Source: Planctomycetota bacterium
Lineage (GTDB): Bacteria; Planctomycetota; B15-G4
Direction of reading: 5' to 3'
NCBI GenBank assembly: GCA_965248575.1
Contig: CBDFJQ010000002.1
Location: 3,168,001 to 3,232,000, forward strand
Length of the DNA: 64,000 bases
Positions 1 through 9,106 of the stretch are shown here, one piece after another. How positions within the stretch are numbered: position 1 is the stretch's first letter; every line of letters begins with the position of its first letter. Under the pieces are notes generated by a model, which made no database searches, was not told the DNA's origin, and saw only the letters and a list, made by a program, of their open reading frames with translations. The translations under genes were made by a program, and so were the position numbers.

Positions 1-7
1 GAGCGCC

Positions 8-1969
8 GTGCCCACACCGGGCCGGCGACAGGTGGCCGTGCGCCCAGAGCGACGCCCCGCGACCGATGGCGGTGCTGCCCTGGAACTGTCGGGGCCCGCA
101 GCCCTGCCCAGCGCAGCCGAATCGGGCGCGTCCACCGAGCTCGGCGCCCCACCCTCGCTCGAACTCACGGCCGTCAACACCAGCTCGTCGGCAGCGGATG
201 GGAGCGCCCGGCCCTCGCCCACGGCCCCCGCGCGCCCCAGCAGGATCAGCACGCAAGGAACGGACAGCGACGGCGCCGACTCCTTGAGCGCACAGAGCCC
301 CGGCAGTTCGCCGCTGGCTGATGCGGGCGAGGATCGACCGAGCAATGCCAACAGCCTGCTCACTGAGGGGCTGGTGGGATCGGCCGCCTCCCGCTCGACT
401 CCGCAGACGCGTCGCCAGGCAAGCGGAGTGCAACCGCCCACCCGACGCACTCCCACCGAGGTCGCCCTGAGTCGGGGTAGTTTCGACAGTGGCGGACAGG
501 CCGCCTCGACCTTTGCCAACCTGGCGCCCGACGGGGCCAGTCTCTCGGTCGCGGACCTCGCGTCCCGTGCTGCGGCGGAAGCCTCGGCCCTCGCCGCCGC
601 CCAGGCCGAGACGGACGCGCTGCTGTTGGAAGGCCTGGCAAGTTCTACGCCCAGTTCATCGAGCCGCAGCCGCGGCAGCTCGAGCCCGTCAAGCCCAGGG
701 CGCCCGCAACGCTTCGCCGCGCGGGACACCGACGCCAGCAGCGCCACGACCTCAGCCCTCTCAACACCCGACGCGCCCGCCTTCGTGCCGCTCGTGGTGG
801 CCGCCCCCGCGCCCACCAAGCTGCCCGAGCGGGACGCCCAGCAGTGGGACAACACGCCGTACCGCACGCGTTTCGGCGAAGCCAAGCTGGAAGCCATCGA
901 GGAGTTCGGCGGCAACGAAGAGACGGAGGCTGCGGTGGCCGCCGGCCTCGCCTACCTCGCCAAACTCCAGTCGCCCAAGGGCCAGTGGGGCAGCACCGAC
1001 GACTACGACGACAAGTACGGTCACGTGGCGGTGGGCAAGACCGCCCTCTGCATGCTCGCCTTCCTGGGCGCCGGCCACACCCCCGAGTCACGCACCCAGT
1101 ATTCGCACGTCACCGAACGCGCCGTGGACTTCCTGCTCGGCACGCAAGAAGCGGACTCCGGCCACTTCGGGTACAGCACCTCCTACTCGCACGGCATCAC
1201 CACCTACGCCCTGGCCGAGACCTACGCCCTCACCAAGGATTCGCGCCTGCGTCGGCCCCTGCAGCGGGCAGTGGCCTGGATCCTCGAGAACCAGAGCCAT
1301 GTGCGCGACTCGCGCATGTTCGGTGGCTGGGCCTACTACTACCCGGACGGCCACACCTACGACCGCTGGCCGCGCACCTCCATTACCGCCTGGCAGGTCA
1401 TGGCCCTGGAGTCCGCGCGCCTGGGTGGGCTGACGGTGCCCGACAAAGCCTTCGAGGACGCCGCCTCTTTCTTGCGCGCCGCCCACCGCCGGGACCGGGG
1501 CGTGCTGCTCTACAACCACGACCCGGACCGCCTGCGCTCGACCTACTGGACCCTGCCGGGCTCCACCCCTGCGGGGCTGTTCGCCCTCTCACTGCTGGGC
1601 GAGAACATCGAGAGCAGCACCTACAGCAGCGTCAACGAATGGATCCTCGAACGGGCGCCCAACGGTTACCGCAACCGCGGCCAAGACTCCTTCGTGCACC
1701 AGGCCACGGGCAACCTCTACTTCTGGTACTACGGCACGCTCGCGCTCTTCCGCCAAGGTGGCACCGCCTGGGACGCCTGGAACCGCCGCCTGCAAGACAC
1801 CCTGCTGCCGTCGCAGGAGCGGGACGGTTCGTGGACACCCATCTCCACCTACGCCGACTACGCCGGGGACGACCGCAACGACCGGGCGTACACAACGGCC
1901 ATGTGTGTGTTGACGCTGGAGATCTACTACCGGTACTTCACACCGCTGTTGAAGGTGGAGCCGAAGTAG
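8..1969 (+). CDS. Prenyltransferase/squalene oxidase repeat (terpene-cyclase-like alpha/alpha toroid) protein, probably 5'-truncated by the window edge
   Basis: Ser/Ala/Pro-rich linker followed by QW-type repeats (GLAYLAKLQSPKGQW, AVAWILENQ, LLPSQERDGSW) and YFWYYGTLALF...YTTAMCVLTLEIYYRY, typical of planctomycete members. Confidence 0.8.
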   Translation: MPTPGRRQVAVRPERRPATDGGAALELSGPAALPSAAESGASTELGAPPSLELTAVNTSSSAADGSARPSPTAPARPSRISTQGTDSDGADSLSAQSPGSSPLADAGEDRPSNANSLLTEGLVGSAASRSTPQTRRQASGVQPPTRRTPTEVALSRGSFDSGGQAASTFANLAPDGASLSVADLASRAAAEASALAAAQAETDALLLEGLASSTPSSSSRSRGSSSPSSPGRPQRFAARDTDASSATTSALSTPDAPAFVPLVVAAPAPTKLPERDAQQWDNTPYRTRFGEAKLEAIEEFGGNEETEAAVAAGLAYLAKLQSPKGQWGSTDDYDDKYGHVAVGKTALCMLAFLGAGHTPESRTQYSHVTERAVDFLLGTQEADSGHFGYSTSYSHGITTYALAETYALTKDSRLRRPLQRAVAWILENQSHVRDSRMFGGWAYYYPDGHTYDRWPRTSITAWQVMALESARLGGLTVPDKAFEDAASFLRAAHRRDRGVLLYNHDPDRLRSTYWTLPGSTPAGLFALSLLGENIESSTYSSVNEWILERAPNGYRNRGQDSFVHQATGNLYFWYYGTLALFRQGGTAWDAWNRRLQDTLLPSQERDGSWTPISTYADYAGDDRNDRAYTTAMCVLTLEIYYRYFTPLLKVEPK

Positions 1970-2041
1970 GGCGGGGGGCGAAGGCGTTTCAGTCCGCGGC
2001 GGAAGGTGGACATGCGGCAAGCCGGCCCAACCACAGCGCAT

Positions 2042-3316
2042 TCACATCTTGGTGAACGCTCGTCTCTCGATCACTCCCCGCTCCGGATTGATCTGGAGGA
2101 AGGTCGAGACAAGCACCCCGATCTCCCCAGCGCCCGAAGGCAAGGTCGCGCAGGACACCCCAAAGCCCTTGCCCCCATCCCGGGGGTGAAGCCGCAGCAG
2201 TTCGGCTCCCGTACGCCCCGAAAGAACGGCTGCGTACGACCGATTGCCATGTGGGGAGTCGTCCGGCCCGAAAAAGGAACCTGGTGCACCACAGAGCAAA
2301 TCGGCAACCCCATCGCCGTCATGATCCGCGATGGGTTCGACGGACCAGCCGAACAGCACGGCCGTGGCATCCCCAAGCCGGGACCAAAGCACGTCTCCCT
2401 CAGACGCTGAGACAGCCGTCACAACCCCAGCATGCCTCTGCAGGCCGTGGTTGATGGGGGCGCTGGGCCAACAGACAGCCAGATCGTCCACTCCGTCACC
2501 TGATAGGTCGCCGACGCGTCGGATGCGAGATGTCTGACCAGCCGTCACTGTCATGCGCCAAAGCGGACGGCCACTGACCCCGTCGAGAAGGAGTACCTGA
2601 GACGATGCCGGCAGGGGATTCCTCAACTCAAGAACACCCACATCGGCGACACCGTCCCGGTTCACGTCGCCCGCACTGCAGGTGACGACCGGTCCTCGAC
2701 TCACGAACAGCTGTTCCACTCCCGCCGCTTGACCGGCGACCAGAATCACGCCATTCCCAACGGCTTCGCCTTCACTGGGCGAGAACCTCCCGCCCAATAA
2801 CCACGCGCCGCCCGGCCGAATCGTCTTCGAGTAGTCGAGTGACGACAAGGACTGGATCTGAGCGCCGTCCCAGCGCAGGACACACTCACCCTTCATGTCG
2901 AGGAGGCGCAACTCGTAGCTCACAGACTTCGCCCGACACCCCGACCCTTCCCTCAGCTCGACCCCAACAGCAACAACAGGCTTCCCCTCCCACAGTCCGA
3001 AGGCTGCGTGACCGGACAACCAACCCATGTCCAGGTCGTAGTGGGCGAGAGCTTCCAGTGAACTCCCATCCCGAATGCTCACTCGACTGAAGAGACTGGA
3101 GGTCGGCTGCTGTCTGAGGCGCTCAAGTGTTGCGAACTCGGAGATCGCATCTCCGTTCACGTCCTCCAAGGGTAGGAGTGCTTCTGCATTGGCAGACAGA
3201 GTCGAGGCGTTCTGATAATGCGGCCGGGTAATCGACCCCGCATCACCCGGCGAGGCACACGAGCAGCCAAGCAAGGCCACTGCTCCGAGGAACGACAGGT
3301 GCCTGCCTAAGCACAT
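2042..3316 (-). CDS. FG-GAP/integrin-alpha repeat lipoprotein
   Basis: Repeats GDVNRDGVAD, GDLSGDGVDDLAV, FGWSV..IADHDGDGVADLLCGAPG; signal peptide with Cys (VALLGCSC) after ATG 3316 (ORF track starts at 3430). Confidence 0.7.
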   Translation of the reverse strand: MCLGRHLSFLGAVALLGCSCASPGDAGSITRPHYQNASTLSANAEALLPLEDVNGDAISEFATLERLRQQPTSSLFSRVSIRDGSSLEALAHYDLDMGWLSGHAAFGLWEGKPVVAVGVELREGSGCRAKSVSYELRLLDMKGECVLRWDGAQIQSLSSLDYSKTIRPGGAWLLGGRFSPSEGEAVGNGVILVAGQAAGVEQLFVSRGPVVTCSAGDVNRDGVADVGVLELRNPLPASSQVLLLDGVSGRPLWRMTVTAGQTSRIRRVGDLSGDGVDDLAVCWPSAPINHGLQRHAGVVTAVSASEGDVLWSRLGDATAVLFGWSVEPIADHDGDGVADLLCGAPGSFFGPDDSPHGNRSYAAVLSGRTGAELLRLHPRDGGKGFGVSCATLPSGAGEIGVLVSTFLQINPERGVIERRAFTKM

Positions 3317-3559
3317 CGGGTGTGCCCATCCGCCCACGCAAGCTGCCCGGCGATTGCCGTGTTGGCGAGGACTGGGGGGAGGCCAAGCATGCAATTCCTC
3401 AGGGGACCGGACTCGCAACATCGTGTGCACTCAGGCGGGTCCACCATGCAAGAACGTCTCCCGCCGGCCCTTGGGACGGAACTTCTCCGGGTTCCCTTCT
3501 CGAAACACTCACGGAAATTCGTCAGCGCCTCGAACCCGAAATCTCGTTAGCTTGCCCGC

Positions 3560-5182
3560 ATGAATCTCGCGACCCTCCAACAGCTGGCCCTCGATGTGGC
3601 CTCGGCCCGCTCCCTGGACAGCGTGCTGCTGAATCTCTCCGAAGGGGTGGCTGCCGAACCCGGCATCGCCATGGCGCGGGTCTGGCTCATGGGGCCGGGC
3701 GACCTCTGCGACGCCTGCCCCCTGCGTGAGGAGTGCCCGGACCGCTCGCGCTGCCTGCACCTGGTGGCCAGCGCGGGGCGCTCCGTGGCGGACCCCGACC
3801 AGACCTGGAACAGCACCGACGGTCGCTTCAGCCGCTTCCCCCTCGGCGTGCGCAAGGTCGGCCGCATCGGGGGCTCGGGCAAGGCCGAGTTGTTGCGCAT
3901 CGATGACGACTCGGAGTGGATCGCAGACGCAGTGTGGGCCCGCGCCGAGCAGCTGCATTGCTTCGCGGGCCAACCACTCGTGTTCCGTGGCGAGGTGCTG
4001 GGCGTCCTGGCGGTCTTCAGTCGCGAAGCCATCGATGAGGAGTGCCTCGCCTGGTTGCGCACCTTCGCCGACCAGGCGGCCGTCGCCATCGCCAACGCCC
4101 GGGCCTTCGAGGAAGTGCAACAGCTCCGGGAACAACTCGAGTTGGAGCGCGACTACCTGCGCGAAGAGGTGAAGGTCGCCCGCTCCCACAGCGGCATCGT
4201 GGGCGAGAGCCCCGCCATCCAACGCACGCTGTCGCAGATCGAGAAGGTGGCGCGCAGCGACGCCAACGTACTCATCATCGGCGAGTCAGGCACGGGCAAG
4301 GAGCTGATCGCCTCGGCCCTGCACGAACAGAGCGACCGGCGCGAGAAGCCCATGGTGCGCGTGAACTGCGCGTCCATCCCCCACGACCTCTTCGAGAGCG
4401 AGTTCTTCGGACACGTGCGCGGCGCGTTCACCGGGGCGACCGGCGATCGCAAGGGGCGCTTCCAGGTGGCCGATGGCGGCACCTTGTTGCTGGACGAAGT
4501 GGGCGAGATCCCCCTCGAGCTGCAGGGCAAGTTGTTGCGAGTCCTGCAAGAAGGCGCCTTCTCGCCCGTGGGCTCCGACCGCACCCACTCCGTGGACGTG
4601 CGCATTCTCGCGGCAACCAACCGTGACCTTCAGAAGTCAGTAGAGGCCGGCGAGTTCAGGCAGGACCTCTACTACCGCCTCGCCGTGTTCCCCATCGATG
4701 TGCCGCCGCTGCGGGAGCGCAAGACGGACATCCCACTGCTCGCGGGCCACTTCCTACGTCTCATCTCCTCCCGACGCAACGCATCCGGCCTCATCCTGCG
4801 CCAGCGCGACGTGGCAGCGCTCACGGCCTACGACTGGCCGGGCAACATCCGCGAGCTACAAAACGTCATCGAGCGCGCTGCCATTCTCTCCACGGCGGAT
4901 CGCCTGCACATCGACCTCGCCGCACCAGGCGAGGGCGGCAACACACCGGCGTCGCCGGGCACCAGCCCCTCGCAAGCCGGAGCGGAGGACGGAGAGGGTC
5001 TGCGCGTCGAATCGGAGCGGCTGGCGGATATGAAGGCCGACATCGAACGTGCCCTGGGCCTGACCGACGGCCGGGTGTCCGGGCCATCCGGCGCCGCAGC
5101 TCTGCTCGGCATCAAGCCCACGACCCTCGCCTCGCGCATGAAGGCCCTGGGCATCCCAAGGCCCCAGCGAAGCGGCGGCTAG
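3560..5182 (+). CDS. GAF-domain sigma-54-dependent transcriptional activator (FhlA/NifA-like)
   Basis: N-terminal GAF; GESGTGKE Walker A, GAFTGA, LLLDEVGE, WPGNIRELQN; C-terminal HTH (AAALLGIKPTTLASRM). Confidence 0.93.
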   Translation: MNLATLQQLALDVASARSLDSVLLNLSEGVAAEPGIAMARVWLMGPGDLCDACPLREECPDRSRCLHLVASAGRSVADPDQTWNSTDGRFSRFPLGVRKVGRIGGSGKAELLRIDDDSEWIADAVWARAEQLHCFAGQPLVFRGEVLGVLAVFSREAIDEECLAWLRTFADQAAVAIANARAFEEVQQLREQLELERDYLREEVKVARSHSGIVGESPAIQRTLSQIEKVARSDANVLIIGESGTGKELIASALHEQSDRREKPMVRVNCASIPHDLFESEFFGHVRGAFTGATGDRKGRFQVADGGTLLLDEVGEIPLELQGKLLRVLQEGAFSPVGSDRTHSVDVRILAATNRDLQKSVEAGEFRQDLYYRLAVFPIDVPPLRERKTDIPLLAGHFLRLISSRRNASGLILRQRDVAALTAYDWPGNIRELQNVIERAAILSTADRLHIDLAAPGEGGNTPASPGTSPSQAGAEDGEGLRVESERLADMKADIERALGLTDGRVSGPSGAAALLGIKPTTLASRMKALGIPRPQRSGG

Positions 5183-5334
5183 GTAGCAGCCAGGCGGAAC
5201 CGACAGCAGCACCCCAGCCAACTCCGCGCCGCGACCCCCTTGCGCCGACCGCCGGGGAACGCTTCCATCTGGTCATGGCACACCGACCGCAACGCACGCA
5301 GTCTTCACAACTCGCCTCTTCCCGTCGGCAGCGG

Positions 5335-6045
5335 ATGATGGGCGCCGCCTCGCGAGCGCTGCAGCTCGTGGCGCTGCTTGCCGCCACAAGCACGGTGGGC
5401 TTCGGCTGCTTCGGGCCGCCCCTGGTGTTCTTCCCCAAGGTGGTGCAGGTGGGCTACGAGCGCGCGGAGATCATGGACGCTGACCTCGTGGACCTCGACA
5501 AGGACGGCGACCAGGACATCGTCGTGGCCACCAAGGCTGCCCTGCACTACATGGAGTACACGCCCGAAGGCTACACCGACCAGACCGGCGCCTCGGCCCT
5601 GGCCAAGGTGGCGGTGGTCGACGCCCTGCACCCCGTGGGTGACGACTACATCGCGCGCCGCGGGGACGGCTGGGTGCGCCTGAAGTACTCAGGCATCGGC
5701 AGTTGGCACGAGCAGGCGGACGCGGTCGGGGAATTCACCCCCGATGATCCGCGCGTCGCCTATGGCGACATCAATGGCGATGGCCTCGACGACCGGGCCC
5801 GGGTCAAGGGCACCCGCATCTTCGTCGAGCTGGCCCAGCCCGCCCAGGGCTCCTCCACCCCGGACGGCACGGGTTCGGCCATGCGCTGGGAGGACATCAC
5901 CGGGCGCGTGGGTCTCAGTCAGCTCAACTTCCTGCGACCCGCACGGCGTGTGAGCTTCGGAGACATCGACGGCGACGGCACGCTCGACCTGATGGTGGTC
6001 GCGGGGCGCCTGCTGGTGATGATCAACAACGGTGGCTCGCTCTAG
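5335..6045 (+). CDS. Secreted FG-GAP/VCBS repeat protein
   Basis: DLDKDGDQDIVV, GDINGDGLDD, GDIDGDGTLDLMV repeats; hydrophobic N-terminus; start uncertain (5275 or 5335). Confidence 0.7.
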   Translation: MMGAASRALQLVALLAATSTVGFGCFGPPLVFFPKVVQVGYERAEIMDADLVDLDKDGDQDIVVATKAALHYMEYTPEGYTDQTGASALAKVAVVDALHPVGDDYIARRGDGWVRLKYSGIGSWHEQADAVGEFTPDDPRVAYGDINGDGLDDRARVKGTRIFVELAQPAQGSSTPDGTGSAMRWEDITGRVGLSQLNFLRPARRVSFGDIDGDGTLDLMVVAGRLLVMINNGGSL

Positions 6046-7775
6046 GAGTCCACGGTCTCGGATCCTGACCCGATTTCAGCTGCGGATTCAGCTGCAGTTT
6101 CCGGGAGCATGGGGCGCTGTTTGAGGATGCGCTCGTCCGGGTCGATCAGCACCGCCTGACCGCCGAGCGGGATCGACGCCTTGCCGGACGGCATGAGCAC
6201 GCGCACGCGACGCTCACCGATCTGCAGCGGCACCGGCATGGGGAAGTTCAGGCCCTCGGGCACAACCCACTCCAGGCTCAGGGTGTCGTTCTCGATGCGT
6301 GATTCGAGCACCGGGAGCTTCGGCTGACGCAGATACACCTCGAAAAACCAGCTCAGGTCTTCACCCGCCTGAGCCTCGGCGATGGCGCGGATTTCTTCGG
6401 TGTTGCTGAAACGCACCTGGCTGCCGTCCGTCTTCAGTTCGTCACGTGGGTCGGGGTAGGCCATGCGGCGCAGGGCCTTGAAGAAGACCTCGTCCCCCAA
6501 ACACCAGCGGAGGGTGTGCATGATCCACGAACCCTTGTTGTAGATGTCGTTGTCGTGGGAGCCGTCGGGCGCGAAGTAGATCTGCTTGCTGTCCTGGATC
6601 TGCCGCGGTGCCACGGCGCGCCGGTTGTTGATGCCGCCGCGCGTTTTCTGCATCTCCTTGTGGTAGGCCTGCTCGCCGAAGCGACGCTCCAGATAGAGCG
6701 GCTGCATGTAGGTCCCGATGCCCTCGTGGATCCACATGTCCTTCCAATCGCTGTTGGTCACCAGGTTGCCCCACCACTCGTGGGCCAGCTCATGGTGGTG
6801 CAGCCAGTCGTAGTCCGGGTCGCCCTGACGGAACTTGTTGCCGTAGGCGATGATGGTCTGGTGCTCCATGCCCAGGTGGGGCGTTTCGACCACGCCGTAC
6901 TTCTCGGCGCGGAAGGGGTAGGGGCCCACCAGTTCCTCGTAGAACTCGAGGTGGTCGACGATCTCCGGCAGGAAGGCCAAGCCCTGATCCACGCTCTCGG
7001 GCAGCACATAGAAGTGCACGGGCACCACGACGCCGGCGACGCTGGTGTAGCTGCTCTTCAACAGCTCGTAGGTGCCCACGTTGAGCGCCACGTTGTAGTT
7101 GCTGATGGGTGAGGCGATGTGCCAGCGGTAGGTGTGGGTGCCATCGTCATGGCTGCGGACCGAGCGCAGGGTTCCGTTGGAGGCGACCACCAGGGGTTCA
7201 GGCACGGTCACCAGCAAGTCCATGGTCTCGGGCTTGTCGGACGGGTGGTCCTTGCACGGCCACCAGACGTCGGCCCCTTCACCCTGGCAGGTGGTGGTGA
7301 ACCACGGGCTGCCGTCGGCGCTCTGTGACCAGGTGAAGCCGCCGTCCCAAGGCGCCCGGGGAGCTACCCGCGGCTTGCCCGAATAGTCCACCGTCACATC
7401 CAGGGTGTCGCCGACCCGGAGTGCACCGCGCAGGCGTGAGCGGATGAGCCCGTCCTCATGGGTGAAGGGCAGCGGCTGGCCCTGGGCCACGAGCCGGTGC
7501 ACGGTGAAGGTGTTCTCCAGATGCAGCACCACCTCGTGCAGGGGTTCGAGCACATCGGCCGTCATCTGCAGCCTGCCATCGAGGAACTTCTCGATGGGAT
7601 CGATGGCCACCTCCAGCTTGTAGTGCTGCACATCGATGGCGGCCTGGGCCGGGAGCAGGGGGCCGCCCGAAGCTCCCGGAACATTGGAGGCGTCCGAGCC
7701 CGTGGACGACGAGGGGCTGGCACAACCCACCCCGAGCAGGAGCAGTGCGGACACCGACAGGAAGAGGGCTCTCAT
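6042..7775 (-). CDS. M1 family zinc aminopeptidase, lipoprotein
   Basis: GMEHQT (GAMEN-like), HELAHEWWGN with downstream WIHEG, IYNKGS; lipobox LLLGVGC. Confidence 0.92.
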   Translation of the reverse strand: MRALFLSVSALLLLGVGCASPSSSTGSDASNVPGASGGPLLPAQAAIDVQHYKLEVAIDPIEKFLDGRLQMTADVLEPLHEVVLHLENTFTVHRLVAQGQPLPFTHEDGLIRSRLRGALRVGDTLDVTVDYSGKPRVAPRAPWDGGFTWSQSADGSPWFTTTCQGEGADVWWPCKDHPSDKPETMDLLVTVPEPLVVASNGTLRSVRSHDDGTHTYRWHIASPISNYNVALNVGTYELLKSSYTSVAGVVVPVHFYVLPESVDQGLAFLPEIVDHLEFYEELVGPYPFRAEKYGVVETPHLGMEHQTIIAYGNKFRQGDPDYDWLHHHELAHEWWGNLVTNSDWKDMWIHEGIGTYMQPLYLERRFGEQAYHKEMQKTRGGINNRRAVAPRQIQDSKQIYFAPDGSHDNDIYNKGSWIMHTLRWCLGDEVFFKALRRMAYPDPRDELKTDGSQVRFSNTEEIRAIAEAQAGEDLSWFFEVYLRQPKLPVLESRIENDTLSLEWVVPEGLNFPMPVPLQIGERRVRVLMPSGKASIPLGGQAVLIDPDERILKQRPMLPETAAESAAEIGSGSETVDS

Positions 7776-7852
7776 GAATCCGGACTCCGGGGCAAGCGGG
7801 CGATGGGAGGCTGGATCATCCTCCGAAGCGGGGGCACGGTCCAGAAAAGGGT

Positions 7853-9106
7853 TCAGCGCAGCACGACGCTCGCGCCGGACAGGAGGTCATGCAGGGAACG
7901 ACGGTCGGAACGCATCCAGCCGCAGAGCACGTCGGCAGCCAAAAGCACCCACATTCCCACCAACAGCAAGAGGGGTGGACCGCTGATCTCCAGCACCTGG
8001 TCGGGCCAGCCCTCGATGCGCCACAGGGCGGTGTGCGCCAGTTCCCAGGGCAGGTACTTCAAGACGTTGCGCAGCAGCGCCCTCGGAAAAGGCAGGGGCT
8101 GCACACCCGCAACACCCGCGAGGCCAACCCTCAGATGCAGGGCGCGCTTGCCGGGCGTCCCCATGCCCCACTTCGAGTCGAACACGCTCGAGACGAGAAT
8201 GATGGGCGCGAGCAGGGCCGCCAAGATGACCAGCTGCGCACGCATCGGATCGTTCCAGACGCCCTCCAACCACGGCGCCGGGAGCTGCGGCATGAGCAGC
8301 GTCAGGACACCCAGCCAGAGGCCGATGAGCAGGATGTCGAGTGCGTAGGCGCACGCCCTCGAGAAACGCGGCGAAGGGACCTCGGCTTTCAAGCGCCGCC
8401 CGGCCTTGTTCTTGCCGTTGCCCTTGCTCTTTCCCTTGGCCGGCAGGTGAGACGGACGTTCAGCGCCTAGACCCAAGGCGTCGCCCAAGCGGCTCTGCAC
8501 CGTGCGCCCCCATCCACGTTGGGCCAGCTCGGCGCGCCAAGCCGCGACACCCGACAGCAAGACGATGGTCGACAAGAGGAACGCCCCCAGCGTGGCCCAG
8601 CCCGCGGGGCGCATGCCGCTCTGTTCCGAGAGATCGATGGTGAGCACGCCCAGATGGAAGCTGCCATAGATAGCCAACTGCAGGGCCAGGATGGACGGCC
8701 AGCGCCCCCGCGACGGCGTGATCGCCAACAAGCCCATGAGCACGCCGGCCAAGATGGCCAAGGCGTTGGGTGCCTCGAACCCCCGGGCACTGATGCGCCC
8801 CTCCCAGCCCGAGAGGTCGACGGTGACCCGCGGCGCGTGCAAGAGGTCGGTGTCCAGCGCCGCGTCGACGAACTCACCGACTTCGGCCACGCCGTCGCGC
8901 ACCCCCTGCTCCAACGCGTCCTGGACGCCCTCGTGCACCCGGTCGAAATCCGCACGGCGCGGGTCCGCCTCGCCCCATGAGCCCCAGGAGGACACCAAGA
9001 TCACGACGGCCAGGGCCGCCACGAGTAGTCGTTGCCAAGAGCTCACGAGAGGCTCACAGGCGGGCGGCGTCGCGCTCGGTGGGATCGCCATCGCCCGCAG
9101 TAGCAT
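7853..9106 (-). CDS. RDD family membrane protein with extended multi-TM N-terminus
   Basis: RACAYALD, GTPGKRALHLRV, RALLRN, RRSLHDLLSGASVV; several TM segments; start 9106 or 9091. Confidence 0.75.
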   Translation of the reverse strand: MLLRAMAIPPSATPPACEPLVSSWQRLLVAALAVVILVSSWGSWGEADPRRADFDRVHEGVQDALEQGVRDGVAEVGEFVDAALDTDLLHAPRVTVDLSGWEGRISARGFEAPNALAILAGVLMGLLAITPSRGRWPSILALQLAIYGSFHLGVLTIDLSEQSGMRPAGWATLGAFLLSTIVLLSGVAAWRAELAQRGWGRTVQSRLGDALGLGAERPSHLPAKGKSKGNGKNKAGRRLKAEVPSPRFSRACAYALDILLIGLWLGVLTLLMPQLPAPWLEGVWNDPMRAQLVILAALLAPIILVSSVFDSKWGMGTPGKRALHLRVGLAGVAGVQPLPFPRALLRNVLKYLPWELAHTALWRIEGWPDQVLEISGPPLLLLVGMWVLLAADVLCGWMRSDRRSLHDLLSGASVVLR

